Assembly: GCA_001687465.1 (NCBI GenBank)
Contig: LVLI01000185.1
Location: 1-64,000 of the forward strand
DNA: 64,000 nt
Reading direction: 5' to 3'
DNA from: Halocafeteria seosinensis
Taxonomy: Eukaryota
Below are positions 23,551-36,358 of this stretch, piece by piece. Positions within the stretch are counted from its first letter, which is position 1, and every line of letters begins with the position of its first letter. Under the pieces are notes generated by a model. That model did no database searches. It was not told the origin of the DNA and was given only the letters and a program-made list of their open reading frames with translations. The position numbers and the translations under genes were made by a program.

Positions 23551-25241
23551 ATGGGATCTACTACCTCAGGCTCCTTCGTGGCTGCCTGTACCATCCTAAT
23601 GGTGGTGGAAGCGCTGGTCGCCGCCAGAGTCAACTACAAAGTCCCTGAACCTTACATGGTACGTACAGAATGGATGATGCGATGTACTAGAGATGAAACT
23701 GGGCGATGTTATCTCATGAGTGAGTCTGTCGTATTACTGCATGCAGGATGAAATTTTTCATGTGAATCAGACGCAGCGATATTGCAGGGGCAACTTCAGT
23801 AAGTCTTGAGATATTGACTGGAATTTAGGAGCTGTTCTTAAACCTTCGGTAGGATGCTATGATCAGGTTACTGGGATCCGAAAATAACAACCCTCCCTGG
23901 AGCCTATTGGTCAGCCTTCCTTTCGCTCGCAGCATTGGTGAGTCCGTTCGGAGGGAACGCGAGTGATGCAACGCAGGCCACTCCACAATGGTGTAACTTG
24001 GCAAGCTTGAGAGCATACAACCAAGCGGTTCTCGTCATTTGTGGTATCGTGACATACGCCACTGAAACGAGAAACGCGGTTTGGAAAAGCTTAGCTGTCG
24101 TTTGCCTACCATGGCTTTTCTTTTACTCCCAACTATTTTATACGGATACAACTGGCATTGCGGCCTTGCTACTTACGAGGTACCTAGCATCATGCAGTTC
24201 AGAGACCAAACGCGGGAAGCCGTTGATGTACTCAATTCTGTCCGCTATAGTGGGTGCCTTCGCCGTATTCGTACGTCAGACCAACGTGATTTGGGTGGCG
24301 ATGATTGCAGCTCAATATTCTCTCGGCGAGTTACGACGTATCTTTGACAGAAGCTCATGGAATAGGAAGGATCTCTTACGTTTGGTTTTAAAAAATATTC
24401 CGTATTTGTTCGTTGGCATTGGCTTTTTCATTTTCTTGTGCCTTAATGGAGGAGTGGCTATTGGCGACCAGTTACACCATAAGCCGGCATTTCACTTGGC
24501 TCAGATATTTTACGTGTCCCTGTTTGTTTGTGGCCCTATAAGTATTTCATTTGCTCTATCAGAGAAGGAGGCTTGGAGGTATATTCACCGTAGACTGAAT
24601 AATAGAGGCATTGCTTTAATCGCGGTAGGATTCACCTTGGTGATGGGAACAGGTGTTCACTCTTGGAAGATCATTCATCCGTTCTTACTCGCGGATAACA
24701 GGCATATATCCTTCTACTTTTTCAGGAAGTTCGTTTTGCAGAGGCCATGGATTCTGTTAGGAATAACTCCCCTCGCCTCTGTCTTTCTGGTCTTAGTGTT
24801 GGAACTTTTCGAAGGTAAGTAAGGATAATGTCCAACTAGTTCGACCGGGATTAACGAATTGTGCTCTGTTCAGATCGCCTGGTCGGTTGGGTTTGGGCCC
24901 TCACTACAATGGCTTCACTAGTTCCAGTACCATTATTTGAGTATGTGGAGTGTGTTGGATTCCCGGGATGAGATTATTTAGGTCGGTCGCTGTTTTTTGC
25001 AGCTTTCGCTACCTTATAGTCCCTGCTGTATTTGCTTTAGTTTTCTTGGACATGGTGCGTGTCCTATTACACCCATCAATACGTCTTGGAAACATGGTTC
25101 TATCTGTTGTTGCAGAGCCCAAAAGGATATCAATTGTTCATTGTGGCCTCTATTTTCGTCAATATTGCGACGATTTGTCTCTTTACCGAATGGGAGTTGC
25201 CCAGACAGGGAAACGAAACTACTTCTCGCCTCATGTGGTGA
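23551..25241 (+). CDS. ALG10: Dol-P-Glc alpha-1,2-glucosyltransferase (DIE2/ALG10 family)
   Basis: VPEPYM|DEIFHVNQTQRYC, WDPKITTLPG, LFYTD, RQTNVIW, NGGVAIGDQLHH and HPFLLADNRH. Confidence 0.95.
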
Positions 25242-25918
25242 CAAAGCTGATACTAGTATCATTATACGTACATCATGAAATGACCAGTTTATCCCAGGGA
25301 AGCCACGCCTACAATTTCTTTGTAGGCTCCACGATTTACGAGAAGAGCTTTTGCCAAAACTCCCTCTATCGAAGCGATTCTCAAAGACATCGACGAACTG
25401 GTATTGCTTTCTCCGTCCCCGCAAGTTTTGGAATGGATTCAACACTCAGTGAAGTCTGTAAAGTAGATGCATCGCAGTGGAATTTCACACCTGAGGTTGG
25501 GAACTAGAAAGTTGTAATTGCCCACTCCACAAAAGTGGTCCTCTTTAGGCAAGTAGGTGACGGTTAGATAGAACAGTGAATCCGCTTTCCGAAATAAGAA
25601 TGATTTCTGTATCATGTTTACGCTCAATCCCGGTGATCCAAATGTGTGTCTTCGTCGCGAAGGGCAGGCGGCTTAAAACTTCAACTTGAAGACGACAATC
25701 AAACATGAGACGGAAGATCTTTTGCTTCGAACCATAGAAGAAAGGAAACACGTGGTTTGTTCGACGTTGCATATGTTAATAAAATCGACGCAAAAACGCA
25801 ACTAAACGTTTCGTACAGGTATAGACTCATTTCGTTTTGCTCTCTGTAACACTGAGCTTATATTCCGTTTTTCAGAAGGCATACTAGAGCGGTCTAACCG
25901 AAGAAAGAGCTGGCAATT

Positions 25919-26982
25919 ATGATGTCCTCTGGACGTACAGCAACCCCATCTGGAGTTCCCCGCAGTGGAGGGGATTTTTTCAGCAATATTGGAAATCCCC
26001 TTGCACGAATCAACAGCTTCGATAAGCTGTTCAGCACGGCGCCATTGGATGACAAGCAGAAGAACCACTTGAAGTATGTCTACTCTTTGCTCACAACAGG
26101 ACTACTGTTCGCGGCCGTGGGCTCATACTTCCACCTTCTTTACAACGTGGGAGGGCTTCTGACGATGTTCGCCACGTTGGGAATGATCTTCTACTTGGGG
26201 GCTTCGAAGGTATGTTATCATGCTCTCCAGACGAATGGGACATATGTTTCAGCATCGTGTTGTTCATGCTCCGCAGGACCCACAAAGCAAGGATGTAAAT
26301 ACTCGTGGACTCGTTTTTGCTGGAATGTGCTTCCTTAAAGGAGCCAGTATTGGTCCTCTGATTGCACAAATGATTGCTGTCGACCCCAGCTTGATACTCA
26401 TGACTCTCTTGGCTACTGCCGGTATTTTCCTCTCCTTCTCACTAGCGGCCATTTTCGGTAAGTGATCGACACAATACATTTTGTTCACAATGCCCTTCGT
26501 GAAGTTCTGCTTGACACGTGTGTGCAGCTGAAAGACGCTCTATGATTTTCCTTGGAGGAATTCTCTCATCTTTATGCACCGTGCTCTTCGTATCAAGTCT
26601 GTTCAACATGTTCATGCATAGCTCCGCTCTCTTCAGCTTCCAGCTGGTAAGTAGAGAGAAAAACAACTTCAATGGCATCGAAATTCGAATCCTTAACACC
26701 GTCTTGGACTCGTGCAGTATGCCGGCCTGGTGATGTTCTCGCTGTATGTAATTTTCGACACACAAGTAATTATCGAGAAATGTGCTATCGGAGACTATGA
26801 CATTGTGTGGCATGCAACGGAGCTATTCATTGGTATGTTGCTGTCTCGCCTCAAAATTATTGGAAATATGGTCTCTTTCACGGATGAGAATGCTTTCGAA
26901 TGCAGATTTGGTCGCCATATTTGTCCGTGTCGCGATAATCCTGCTGAGAAACCAGTCCAGGAAGAAGCGCAGCGAAAAGTAG
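25919..26982 (+). CDS. Bax inhibitor-1 (TMBIM6 family) membrane protein
   Basis: HLKYVYSLL, GASIGPLI, IFLSFSLAAI, YVIFDTQVIIEK, WHATELFI|DLVAIFVRVAIILLRN and a basic C-terminus. Confidence 0.92.
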
Positions 26983-27175
26983 TCACTTTCGCAGCGCTTG
27001 GAAGCCCTCCCAGTGATAGATAATGGGATAAATATTAACACTACCCGCGTCATTGCACCTACTTTTGTAATATTCCTATCCATACAAAGTAGCAAATCAC
27101 TAACCACAAATCATGCCGTTCTTCACCACCTTTCCTAATATAAATAGTAAACATTGCCTCTTTGCCCCTAACGAT

Positions 27176-27257
27176 GTCAGCGTGCCCGAGTGGTTAAGGG
27201 GACAGCCTGCTAAGTTGTTGGGCTTTGCCCGCGCAGGTTCGAATCCTGCCGCTGACG
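27176..27257 (+). tRNA. tRNA-Ser (anticodon GCT)
   Basis: Acceptor stem GTCAGCG/CGCTGAC, D-loop GAGTGGTTAAG, anticodon arm ACAGC-CTGCTAA-GTTGT, long variable arm GGGCTTTGCCC, T-loop GGTTCGAATCC; 82 nt. Confidence 0.97.
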
Positions 27258-27265
27258 GCAACCAA

Positions 27266-27274
27266 TTTTTTTTT
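27266..27274 (+). terminator. Pol III oligo-T terminator
   Basis: Run of about 9 T beginning ~9 nt after the tRNA 3' end. Confidence 0.8.
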
Positions 27275-27619
27275 CCAGCGCTTCCTTTAGGGCACTTTGT
27301 TGTCCTGGAGGAGGCAATATTCATAAATTTGTTGTTGTGTATGCAAGACTAGTGCTATGCATGCACAGTAAGTTGCAACAGGAATGGCCACTCTTGGCAA
27401 TTTGCGTTACAACGAAGCAAAGCAACAATCTTTTCGCGGTGTTTTCATGTCTGTGCAGAGAGTCTTGGAGTCCGATGCAGTAGCCGAAACGGAGGTGTTG
27501 TGCGCTGTATAGTGCTAAAAAACTGTCGAGTATTTTCATTGAGAGCAACAATATTACCCGTAATGCTCTCTGTTCGGCGCGTTTTTTGGCTGTAGAGACC
27601 ACATAACAAACAGGGAAGA

Positions 27620-29128
27620 ATGGTGGCCTCCGCAATCTACTTCATGGATGTTAAGGGGAAAATCCTCCTACATAGGAATTACCGCGGCGATATACCGCGA
27701 GCGGCAGCAGACAAGTACGTTATTTTACAGTAGAGCTCTCTTTGTCATCGGTGTCTCATCAGGGCAAGGGCGAGTGCGCAGGTTCTCCATTAAACTCCAA
27801 GAGAGCGATCCAGCTGATTTATCGCCTGTATACACGGAAGAAGGCATCACTTATGTCTATCTTCAGGTAAGGAATAGATGTAGCTGGCCGTTCTCTTAGT
27901 GTTCTGGTTGACCAGTGCGTTCACTGTGATGGCGGTGTGTGCTCTTGCTGCAGCATCGAAATGTGTACCTACTGGCACTCACAAAGCGCAACTCCAACGT
28001 GGCTTTAATACTATCCTTCCTGTCCCAAATTGTGCAAATTATGTGTGAATATTTTGGGGAATTAGAGGAAGAGCCTTTGAGAGATAACTTCGTCCTCGTG
28101 TACGAACTACTGGATGAGGTTATGGATTTTGGGTATCCTCAGGTGTCGGAAACGAAGGTACTCAAAGAATACATCATGCAGTCAACACATCTGCTGCAGA
28201 AGAAAAAGAAACAACCATCCACAGCTCCTCAAGCTGTGACTAATGCTGTCTCTTGGAGATCTGAGGGAATAAAATATAAGAAGAATGAGGTGTTCTTAGA
28301 CGTAATAGAGAAGGTAGACCTGCTTGCCAGCCATAGCGGTGCCGTGCTACACAGTGAGATAAGAGGGTCAGTACAAATGCGTGCCTATCTTAGTGGAATG
28401 CCGGAGCTAAAACTGGGGCTGAATGATAAACTAATGCTTGAGGCAACCGGAAAGCGTATACGGGGAAAAGCTATCGAGTTAGAAGACATAAAATTTCACC
28501 AGTGTGTACGTTTAAACCGGTTTGAACAAGATAGAACCATTGGATTCATCCCCCCTGATGGAGAGTTCGAATTAAGTATGTATTCCGTGAAGTAATTCTT
28601 GATATAATGGGAGTTTTTACATTTTGGGAAATTGGCGCAGTGTCTTACCGGCTGAACACACACGTGAAGCCGTTGATTTGGGTGGAGTCGTCCTGTGAAA
28701 AACACAGAAATCGCCTTTTGTTCAGTGTCAAAGCAAAGAGCCAATTCAAAGCGCGCAGCCAAGCGACCGATGTAGAAATATTTATTCCTGTACCCCCAGA
28801 TGTTGACTCACCGGCTTTCAAGACTTCCTCTGGCTCTGTGTTGTACTTGCCAGACATAAATTGCATTAAGTGGGTCATAAAACAGTTTCCAGGCGACAGA
28901 GAATTGCTCATGAGAGCTAGCTTTGGACTGCCGACCATAAGCACGAGTGGCAGTAACCAGAACGAAGATTGGAAAAAGCCAATAAGGATAAAGTTTGAGA
29001 TCCCCTACTTTACTACTTCAGGGATTCAAGTCAGGTATCTCAAAGTCATTGAAAAAAGTGGTTATGAGGCGCTACCGTGGGTGAGGTACATCACGCGAAA
29101 TGGGGAATACCAATTAAGGATGAAGTAA
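27620..29128 (+). CDS. AP1M1: AP-1 adaptor complex mu subunit
   Basis: MVASAIYFMDVKGKILLHRNYRGD, RDNFVLVYELLDEVMDFGYPQ, VSWRSEGIKYKKNEVFLDVIE and FEIPYFTTSGIQVRYLKVIEKSGYEALPWVRYIT. Confidence 0.97.
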
Positions 29129-29220
29129 GGCGTAGTACACGAGCCAATGATACAATAAAATTGCATGAATTGTACAACTTTAGTCATTTCAGTGGCATGC
29201 GACATTTCCGAAGTACTTCG

Positions 29221-29790
29221 TTTATTCCACTGCTTTTCTCTCCCGAATCGATGGCGATTGCACGCGTTTCCGTCTCAATTCACAAAAATACACTTTGTTT
29301 GCTATCCCAGGCGCTACGGATAGCGCAACATACCGGACTGTCCATTCCGGCAGCGTTCAGCATTCCGCCGGCACGTTGTGCCAGCGCTTACTTGACGAGT
29401 TTCAGCGTACATTTGTTGCAATACATGTACGGTAGTTTCTGTTAACCTGGAACACACACACAAATGTGACAGATTCTGTTTCTGGTAGTGACGGACTCGT
29501 GGCTTGTATGTAACTCAACAAGAGCGGACCCGAACGCAGCACGGCATGTTCTATCACATTCCCATCACTGTACAACCTTGTAGTAAATGAAGACAGCCTT
29601 GTTCGCTTGAGGTACTGTACGTAAAACAAAAGGTGGTAAGTGTGTAAACGTGCTACACATAGTTGACATACTTGACAGTATGATAGATCCACGCGGGCGA
29701 CCCGCGGTCTCAGAAGATACAGTGTTGCCATAATGGCTGCTTGAATAGGCTGCAACATTCGACCAATTTTTTTGGAGACAAACATTGGAA
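29221..29790 (-). CDS. Possible small spliced hypothetical gene; boundaries uncertain
   Basis: 163-codon ORF with an internal GTATGT...TACAG intron-like segment. No family recognised. Confidence 0.3.
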
Positions 29791-30011
29791 TTTTCTCTGG
29801 AAACTCTGTATTGATTTCCTGAACAATGAATCGCTCGGAGGCTGCCGGGCGATTGCCTAGGATTTCCCGTATGTGGTCGCAACTAGGAGTCACTACATCA
29901 AGTCAGTGGGAGTAAAAGAAAGGGATTGTTGCTTCGGCCCCCACTACACAACAATAAAGTAGTAGTTTGGAAAGAAGAAGAAACTTCAGCATCCCTCCTT
30001 TGTTTTCAAAA

Positions 30012-30799
30012 ATGCAAGCTCCTGAGATAAACCCAACGATAAGCCAACTTGTGAAGAAAATCCAGTGGGCAGACCGCATTTTGCGAGGTACAGAGTTGAA
30101 GTTGACGAAGAACCCCGCTGTTAACTCCTTCTCACAGTTAATATATTTACGTTTGTGCAGTGATAGCGCCTCTTATAGTCATCCGCTTTGCAACTTTCTT
30201 CGGCATCGCTCTACCACAGGAGATAAGTCGCTGCGTTGTGGGCATAATTACAATAATTTGGCTGCACTATGTCTTCGTTTGGGTTCCTTCGTGGGGATCT
30301 ATCTTTTCCAAAAACCTAGTAAGTGCTACATTTTACAAGAAGTAGTTACTTGTTTCGCTTAACACGCGATAACCCGTCGGGACCCTTCAGAGGGATGATT
30401 GGGCGGAAAAGTTGCAAACTGGTGGACTGAATGCAGCCGAGGATGCTTTGTGGGCCTATCGCAAGCACGAAGACCAACTAGGTGAGTCTAAACCACAATC
30501 AGTTTGGTTTATCCGAAATTGAAACCGGTCGTTAACAACACGCAGCTTGGTTAATCAGAGGAATAGTATGCATAATTGTTTTTCCGTTAGTAGCTTTCCT
30601 TCCAGCGGACTGGTCGGATGTCACGAATGAAGGCCCGACCAATCTGTTCCGTGCGGGAGTACCATGCATTCTTTTGGATCAATTAGTCACGCGATACAAA
30701 GATAGGTGGATCCGCGAAGCGGCATGTCTAGCTCGGAGAGAACGTCGAGACACTGGTCCACATTCTTCTGCTCATCGTACGGGCTCGTTTACATGTTAA
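30012..30799 (+). CDS. Small multi-exon hypothetical membrane protein
   Basis: Regularly spaced GT(A/G)AG donors and YAG acceptors. One exon encodes the hydrophobic stretch VIAPLIVIRFATFFGIAL...CVVGIITIIWLHYVFVW. Confidence 0.5.
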
Positions 30800-30888
30800 T
30801 ACAGTATAGACACAAAGCTTTGTTGATTCAGTCGTTTGTAAGCTATGAGCTGTGATGGACAATCTCCGATACTTCCCTCAATACTTAA

Positions 30889-33800
30889 TTACGAAGACAT
30901 CTTTGCGTGTTTTCCTTTTTTTCCCTTCTTGGGAGCGGCAGATGAGGTAACCGTTCCCCGACCAAATTTGTCGAGCAGGTGTTGGCCCGACTTATGCTGT
31001 TGTTGCTTCCTTTCTGCCTCCTCTTTCTTCTTCGTCAATGTGGAAACAGCTTCCTCGGCTATATTTCCCATTCGATCAGTGTCTGCTGCAGCACTCATTT
31101 CGGAAGGCAGCTTCTTCGACTTCTTAGTCTTTTGTTGTTTAGATGCACCTTCGGATTGAGCCACATTTTCAGCGTGTCTCTTATTTCGCTTCCTATCCGT
31201 TCTTTTCTCTTTGCTCTTTCCCTGTGGTTGCTTATTACCTGACTTTTGCTTAGACTGGGTGTCACTCTTTCGTTTCTTCTTCCCTTGCATCCCGCCCTCG
31301 CTTTCTTCAAGATTGCTTTCCTGTCTCAAGGAATCTTCGTGGTCTTGATTGAGCTCCTGGTCATTGTCTTCTTCTCCATCCGAGTCGGACCGCCCATTTT
31401 CATTCGTGCGGACGAAGTTGGCGAACTTCTTTAGTTTCGCTACAAAAAACCCATCCATATTGTGCACATGCGGGTAGAACCTTCTCGACAGGGTTAGTGA
31501 AGGATGAAAACGCCGATGTTGATGTCTGGTCAACCCTGCTAGTCCTACATCGAGATCCTCTGTTTCCTGCTTATCTTTTTCCTTATCATCGTTGTTGTTG
31601 TTGTTAGGTTGCTTGTCCTTTTTGTTAATAGCGGCATGAGGAGTCAACGGGAGCAATTTCACATAGCGTTTGCGCAAGGCGTAGTCTACAACAGCTTCGT
31701 TTTCCTCAGCACTAACACTGCACGTGCTATATACTACCACCCCACCGGTCTTACTATCGGCATCAGCGCAATCAATCGCAGCCAACAGTAGCTTCTTTTG
31801 CAAATGAGCCATTCTCAAAACGTCAGGATACGTCTTCTGACTCTTGATACTCGGATCTCGGCTAATGACCCCCAGCCCAGTACACGGAGCATCCAATAGG
31901 ACCCGGTCAAAACCAGTCATAACATTTGGAAGCTGAGTACCATCGTAATTGCAGACTATCGAGTTTGTCATTCCCATACGATGGAGATTCGCCACGAGAG
32001 CATGTGTCCTCTCTCTCTTCGAGTCATTCGCTACAAGCAAACCCTTGTTCTTCATCAACTGCCCGATGTACGTCGTCTTGCCCCCTGGTGCAGCAGCCAT
32101 GTCAAGTATGCGTTCTCCTGGCTTCACCCCTAAGGCAATGCATGGCCAAAACGACGATGCCGATTGCAACATGTAGTGCCCGCTCAAGTATTCAGGAGTA
32201 GCACCAATAGGAACAGCCGATTCATAAACTTTTAAACCCACTTTGCTCCAAGGAGCCAATGGGTCAACATTCACCCCGCGATTGATTAGGGCTTGAGCTA
32301 ATTCCCGGCGCCGAGTCTTAAGCGTATTCACTCTTATCACTGTGGGTCGTGGTTGTTCGTTTGCCTCAAGGAAATGAATGGTTTCTGCTGGAGAGAAGAG
32401 GCGCAAGAATAGATCAATGAGGTCCGGAGCATATCCGTAAAAGTTTTTCAGGTCGTGTGCAAGCACCTCCATGTATTCAGCCCGAGCTCGATTAGGGTCC
32501 CTGCGTTGATTAAAATCTGCCAAAATAGCAGTCACGATTTGCATTCTTTCTTTTATCGCGTTCAAGTCCGGAGGAGAGTATTCCTCCTTCAAGAGTTCCT
32601 CCGGGGTAGGCAAATGGAAGGAGCTGAAAAAATCTTCCGTGTGCTCGCCTTCTAAAGCAGTGTCTTCACCTGTGTCAGGTGCTGATGACTGGATGTGTAG
32701 CTGCATATCTTCATCTGCTTCTTGCTGCATTGATTCTTCGGCTTCATCCAATTCTTGGCCGGCTTTCTCTAAATTGATGCCTTTAGCTTCCTTTGGTCGC
32801 TGCAGAAACTGTTGTTCTACATCGTCATCTCCGCTTTCCTCTTCAGAGTCATTATCCGTTTCTTCATTATCTTCGCTAGAAGACCAAAACTCTTTCGCCT
32901 CTCCACTAGGCTCCCCTTCATCTTCATCATCACTAGGAAGAAGTTGTTTTTCGTTCGATGCACCGTCATGAACGGAGTCGTTTGATTTGCTTGGTGCTTG
33001 GTCCGATACCATCTTGCTCTCAGAATCATCGCTATTGCTACCTGATTCTTCACTTTCTTCTTGGTCCTCTTCCGATGAAGCCACCACCTCAGTACTAATC
33101 AAATTTTGCTGTCTCGAGGACGTGAGACTTCCGGAATGCTCACCTGCATCGTCAGATGCGCTTTCCTCTTCTTCGTCCTGGTGTTCTCCTGCTTCCTCTT
33201 CGGCGCCACCCTCGTCCTCTGAGGTAGACTCAGCTTCTGTACTGATGAGATTTTTTGGCCACGAATCATTAACATCCTGCTTTGAGTGGTTTTCCTGCTC
33301 ATGCCTTTCCTCACTCTCCTCCTCCTCCTCCTCCTCCGAACTAGTGTCTTCTTGAGAGCTATCCTTACTCGTGGGCCAGAGCTGCGATATATCTTCATCG
33401 TCGGAGGAGTCGTCACCATCTTTCCCAATATCCATTGTATTCTGGAAAACGTATAGAATACTGTAATCAACCCCTCTGGCATTTATCGGAATCGCAAATC
33501 GGACTAACCTCATGAATCGAATAGCGCTGAAGCAGCCCGTCCTCTTCTTCACTGTTACTTTCTTCGCCTTGAAAGAGCTGCTGCTGCACGCGTTGCTGAT
33601 CTTCGGATCCCGTACTTGAGCGTGACTTTTTCGTTTTCCCATTAGTGCTCTTGTTGTTTGAGCTAGCTTTGACGGTACTCACGCTAGCTTGAGAGTCACG
33701 ACTCCTGTCAGTATTGCTCGTTCTGGCGATAAAAACCAGGATTAAAATCGTACCCTTTCTGTTAAGCACATGGGATGATACGTTCCGACTGGTAGTATAG

Positions 33801-34216
33801 CTTACTTTGATGCAGATTTGGCTTTCTTCGAACCTGCGCCTTTCATAACCGATTGGGGTGTCTTGAAAGCTACTACGTCATCCACTTGCGTCCACGATCC
33901 CCCATTTTTTCGGGCTTCTCCTTCAGCATCCGGATGAGGTGTTTTCTGTCGTTGCTGAATCTTCTTCTGGGCGGACTTGGAAGTGGAATCTGCAGAAAGA
34001 GCCCCCATATGCACAGGCGCATCACTACAGAGGAGGATGTCAGCCACTGAACTCACGTTTTTGGGTGCTGTTTAGCTTTACACTCTTCCCACCCGACGGT
34101 GCAGGGGTTTTCGCATACTTTTGCTTTGTATCGCCTTCCTCGGTATCATGTTGCGGCTCCTGAAAGCTCACTTTTCCGGGTGTTTTGGCTTTCTTGCCCT
34201 TGTTTTTGCCTCCCAT
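30889..34216 (-). CDS. NOP2: 25S rRNA cytosine-C5 methyltransferase NOP2/NSUN1 with long acidic N-terminal extension
   Basis: PIGATPEYLSGHYMLQ, ILDMAAAPGGKT, FDRVLLDAPCTG, VYSTCS and RFYPHVHNMDGFFVAK. Upstream exons starting MGGKNKGKK at 34216 splice into the long ORF. Confidence 0.96.
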
Positions 34217-34589
34217 GGCGGCTCGTCGAAGCACTTTGACAAAGCCTATTCCAAAGGGACGAGACCGATTCCCGTCACACTCAATACAGAACACGAAAAT
34301 ACTCTCATGAGCATCTCATGAAAGAATCGAAGCAGTCAAAATTTGTATCTCTATATGACCAATAGTCGACTGTGTCACCTCACCACATTGAAGTTGAAGT
34401 ATGGCATGTTTGCCCCTGCGGCTGGAGTAGCTTCAACCTGAACCGAATCGCAAAACACACATATGTGTGTGTGAGCAAAACTCTCCGCTGCCTCATAATT
34501 CAGTCAGTTGCAGTTTGCACACAACCTCTGAATACAGGGTAGAAAAACGAATTATAAATCTGGCCGCAGCGCCAAGATTGCCTCAGCTT

Positions 34590-36313
34590 ATGGCAACAAT
34601 GAGAAAGAAGCGTTCTTGTACAGAAGATACTTTGCGACCGACACGCGATCCACAAGGGGACCCCAATGATTCTGTGATGAAAGCGCTAGTCTCTAACCAC
34701 AACAAGCTGTGCAAAGGAAAGACGTATGTCAAAATGTATTCCGCAAATGGATTCCGAGAATAAGTCCTTTAGCCAGTGTATTTAGGACGCCGAAAGGTAA
34801 ATTTCCGCAATTGCAGTGCGGTGTTCCCAAAGCATGCCAGAAAATGAACAGAGCTCTCGGGCTATTCAGTGGACATGTGGATGGAAGAAACTCATTGCGG
34901 AAAGACGATAATAGACGTATTGTAAAGTTGTACTATTGCTATGCTGCAATTTTCCAGCATCTGGACAGAGAGCCAGCTGTGGCACGGACGGCCCACAGCG
35001 CAAGTCAGGTGTTGTAAAGAAGACTTCTAAGAATGGTATACTTGCTACAAGAAGAGTACCCTGATAAACTTAAAACACTTAATGAACATATTCGGGGCTT
35101 TCGAATATCAGTTCCACGCATAATGCAGCATGGAGAGCTGTACTTCAGTAGGCTCTGTGGAAGACCGCAAACAGATTGGACTACGTACGAGACACTAGTA
35201 CAGCTCATAGACGGAAAACGATGCAAGGCCCAATTGCGTTGCAAAGGTATGGTTAAGCACCTGAATGGCCATTTTTCCAACGGACGATATCACAAACAGG
35301 GACGTCCATCAATACATTTGGAATCGTCCCAAGAACAGCAGGTTAGATGTCTTGTCAACGGTTATGTGTCTACTGTAGCAATACAGTCCTCGCACATAGA
35401 ATTTATTCGAAGCAAAAAATTATCCATATCAGTTAGAGTTAGAGACTGCGTGACGCCCTGCGTCCGGCTAGTTAAGGGTAGGGTACTGAAGCCTGGAGAT
35501 CTTCATGCTTGTTGAGAGGCCAACGCAGTTGAGTGGTCATCATTACATGTAGTGACGCAGCGGGTATGACCATTAAGTGCGAGAGTCTTTTGGGGTAAGA
35601 TCTTCGGACTCCGATGGAGTCAACCTTTAACACCTTGCGCTTGTTCCAAGAGCTAGGTACCAGTGGGTAAGTAGTCAACGCAGTTGAGTTCGCCATTCCT
35701 GATGCAACTTTGATACAAGGACGCATAAACTTTTCTTACCCATACCAAAAGCTAACAGTAAAGCAGGATGCGGCATAAGTACGTTGCGTAGCAACGCAGT
35801 TCGGACGCTAACGAAGGCCAAAGTGTTTGGCAACGAGGAAGTCAAGATGTCTCCCAAGCCAAAACACTACACCTTACAGTAGTTCGGCTTTTGATAGCGA
35901 CAGTATCTTAGAACAGTTGTCGGCCAAAGGTGTAACTGGAGGTTTCCCTCGTACAGCAACGTAGTTCGCGGCTAGTAACATGAACAGCTGAAGCAGGGAA
36001 GGCCGCAGAGTCTCAACGTTTGCGCACAGTCACAAGCACTAACATTGGATCAACTCTCGCGGGAGATTCTTCCCCAGAACTAGTGGAGTTAACCTTCTGC
36101 ACTGTGACTGGCATTGATAATTCTGCTCCCCTGCATGCATCCCAAATGTTGTTCAATGCTAGTCTCTTAACACCGGTAATGTTCCCGGTAGCCCGGTTGT
36201 ACCACTTTGTAGGGACCCTCAGAGGATTGCAACTCCAAGGATGGAGACAGGTGCAAGGCTTTCTGCTAGGAATGCGTAGACCAAGCAAGAACTTCTACGT
36301 TTGGCCGCAATAA
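34590..36313 (+). other. Unassigned region: possible divergent spliced gene or pseudogene
   Basis: The first two ORFs join in frame through a GTATGT...TTTAG intron (~34724-34785). Downstream frames could not be joined cleanly by eye. Confidence 0.3.
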
Positions 36314-36358
36314 GGATCCCGAACGGCAGGAGCTTTTCAACTGCGCCATGGTCAAGAA

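Noticed and set aside
27100..27352. ORFs on both strands over the tRNA
   Set aside because: Shadow ORFs of tRNA-Ser.
33467..34294. Separate small genes upstream of NOP2
   Set aside because: They splice in frame into the NOP2 ORF as its 5' exons.
35521..35970. CRISPR-like interpretation of the spaced repeats
   Set aside because: Repeats are only 10-14 nt, spacers are irregular and >100 nt, no cas genes are present, and the context is eukaryotic.
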